This document shows, one piece after another, positions 63,556 through 64,000 of a stretch of 64,000 nucleotides of DNA. Under the pieces are notes generated by a model, which worked only from the letters and a program-made list of their open reading frames with translations, was not told the DNA's origin and did not search any database. Every line of letters starts with the position of its first letter. Position 1 is the first letter of the stretch. The DNA is from Eledone cirrhosa (taxonomy: Eukaryota), in assembly GCA_964016885.1 (NCBI GenBank), contig OZ024756.1, forward strand, positions 16,864,001 to 16,928,000, written 5' to 3'. A program made the position numbers and the translations under genes.

Positions 63556-64000
63556 AATATATGTTATATACACAAACTATGAATGTATATACATATGTAT
63601 TATGTAGGTGCATACACACATTATATACATATGTGTGTGTTTATATATATATATATATACACACTCACATATACTCGCTATTATGATGAATATATAAATA
63701 TATATGTGGGTGTATATATACCCTCCTATATAAATATATACCTGTGTATATGGCATGATTGTACTTTGAATATAATACAAAGATATGTATATACACCCCA
63801 ACACACATACTACATACACACATACATACATATACACATACATACATATACACACACATACATATATACATATATACATACATACACACACATACATATA
63901 CACATATACACACACATACATATACACATATACACACACACATATATACACATACACATACACACATACATATACATATACATACTTACATACATACACA

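Noticed and set aside
1539-63999. Dozens of long ORFs rich in Y/I/C/V/M/H/T (for example 11484-12398, 17251-18639, 49158-51032)
   Set aside because: Translations of (TA)n/(CA)n microsatellites, which lack stop codons in most frames.

Overview
AT-rich eukaryotic DNA, probably intronic or intergenic, made almost entirely of mobile elements and (TA)n/(TACA)n microsatellites. The repeat content resembles a cephalopod (Octopus-like) genome; this is an inference. Main contents: one apparently intact, young, full-length CR1-group LINE (12323-17300) plus a near-identical 5'-truncated copy; RTE-clade LINE copies; an older CR1 family; two superfamilies of tRNA-derived SINEs; a non-autonomous Helitron and an internally deleted one; mariner remnants; several minisatellites built from retroelement pieces; and a set of palindromic fold-back elements, some carrying Penelope-type minimal hammerhead ribozyme motifs. 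Most striking observations: (1) the CR1 ORF2 has no usable AUG and overlaps ORF1 in the -1 frame across two in-phase slippery heptamers, suggesting programmed frameshifting; its ORF1 has a Myb/SANT-like N-terminus plus two CCCH fingers. (2) Fold-back and head-to-head insertion structures recur at TA microsatellites. (3) An unidentified hairpin-ended element sits downstream of both long CR1 copies. No host gene is established; there is one candidate 30-nt micro-exon. Most ORFs in the track are microsatellite artefacts. Family names come from motif recognition, not database searches, and boundaries are approximate.
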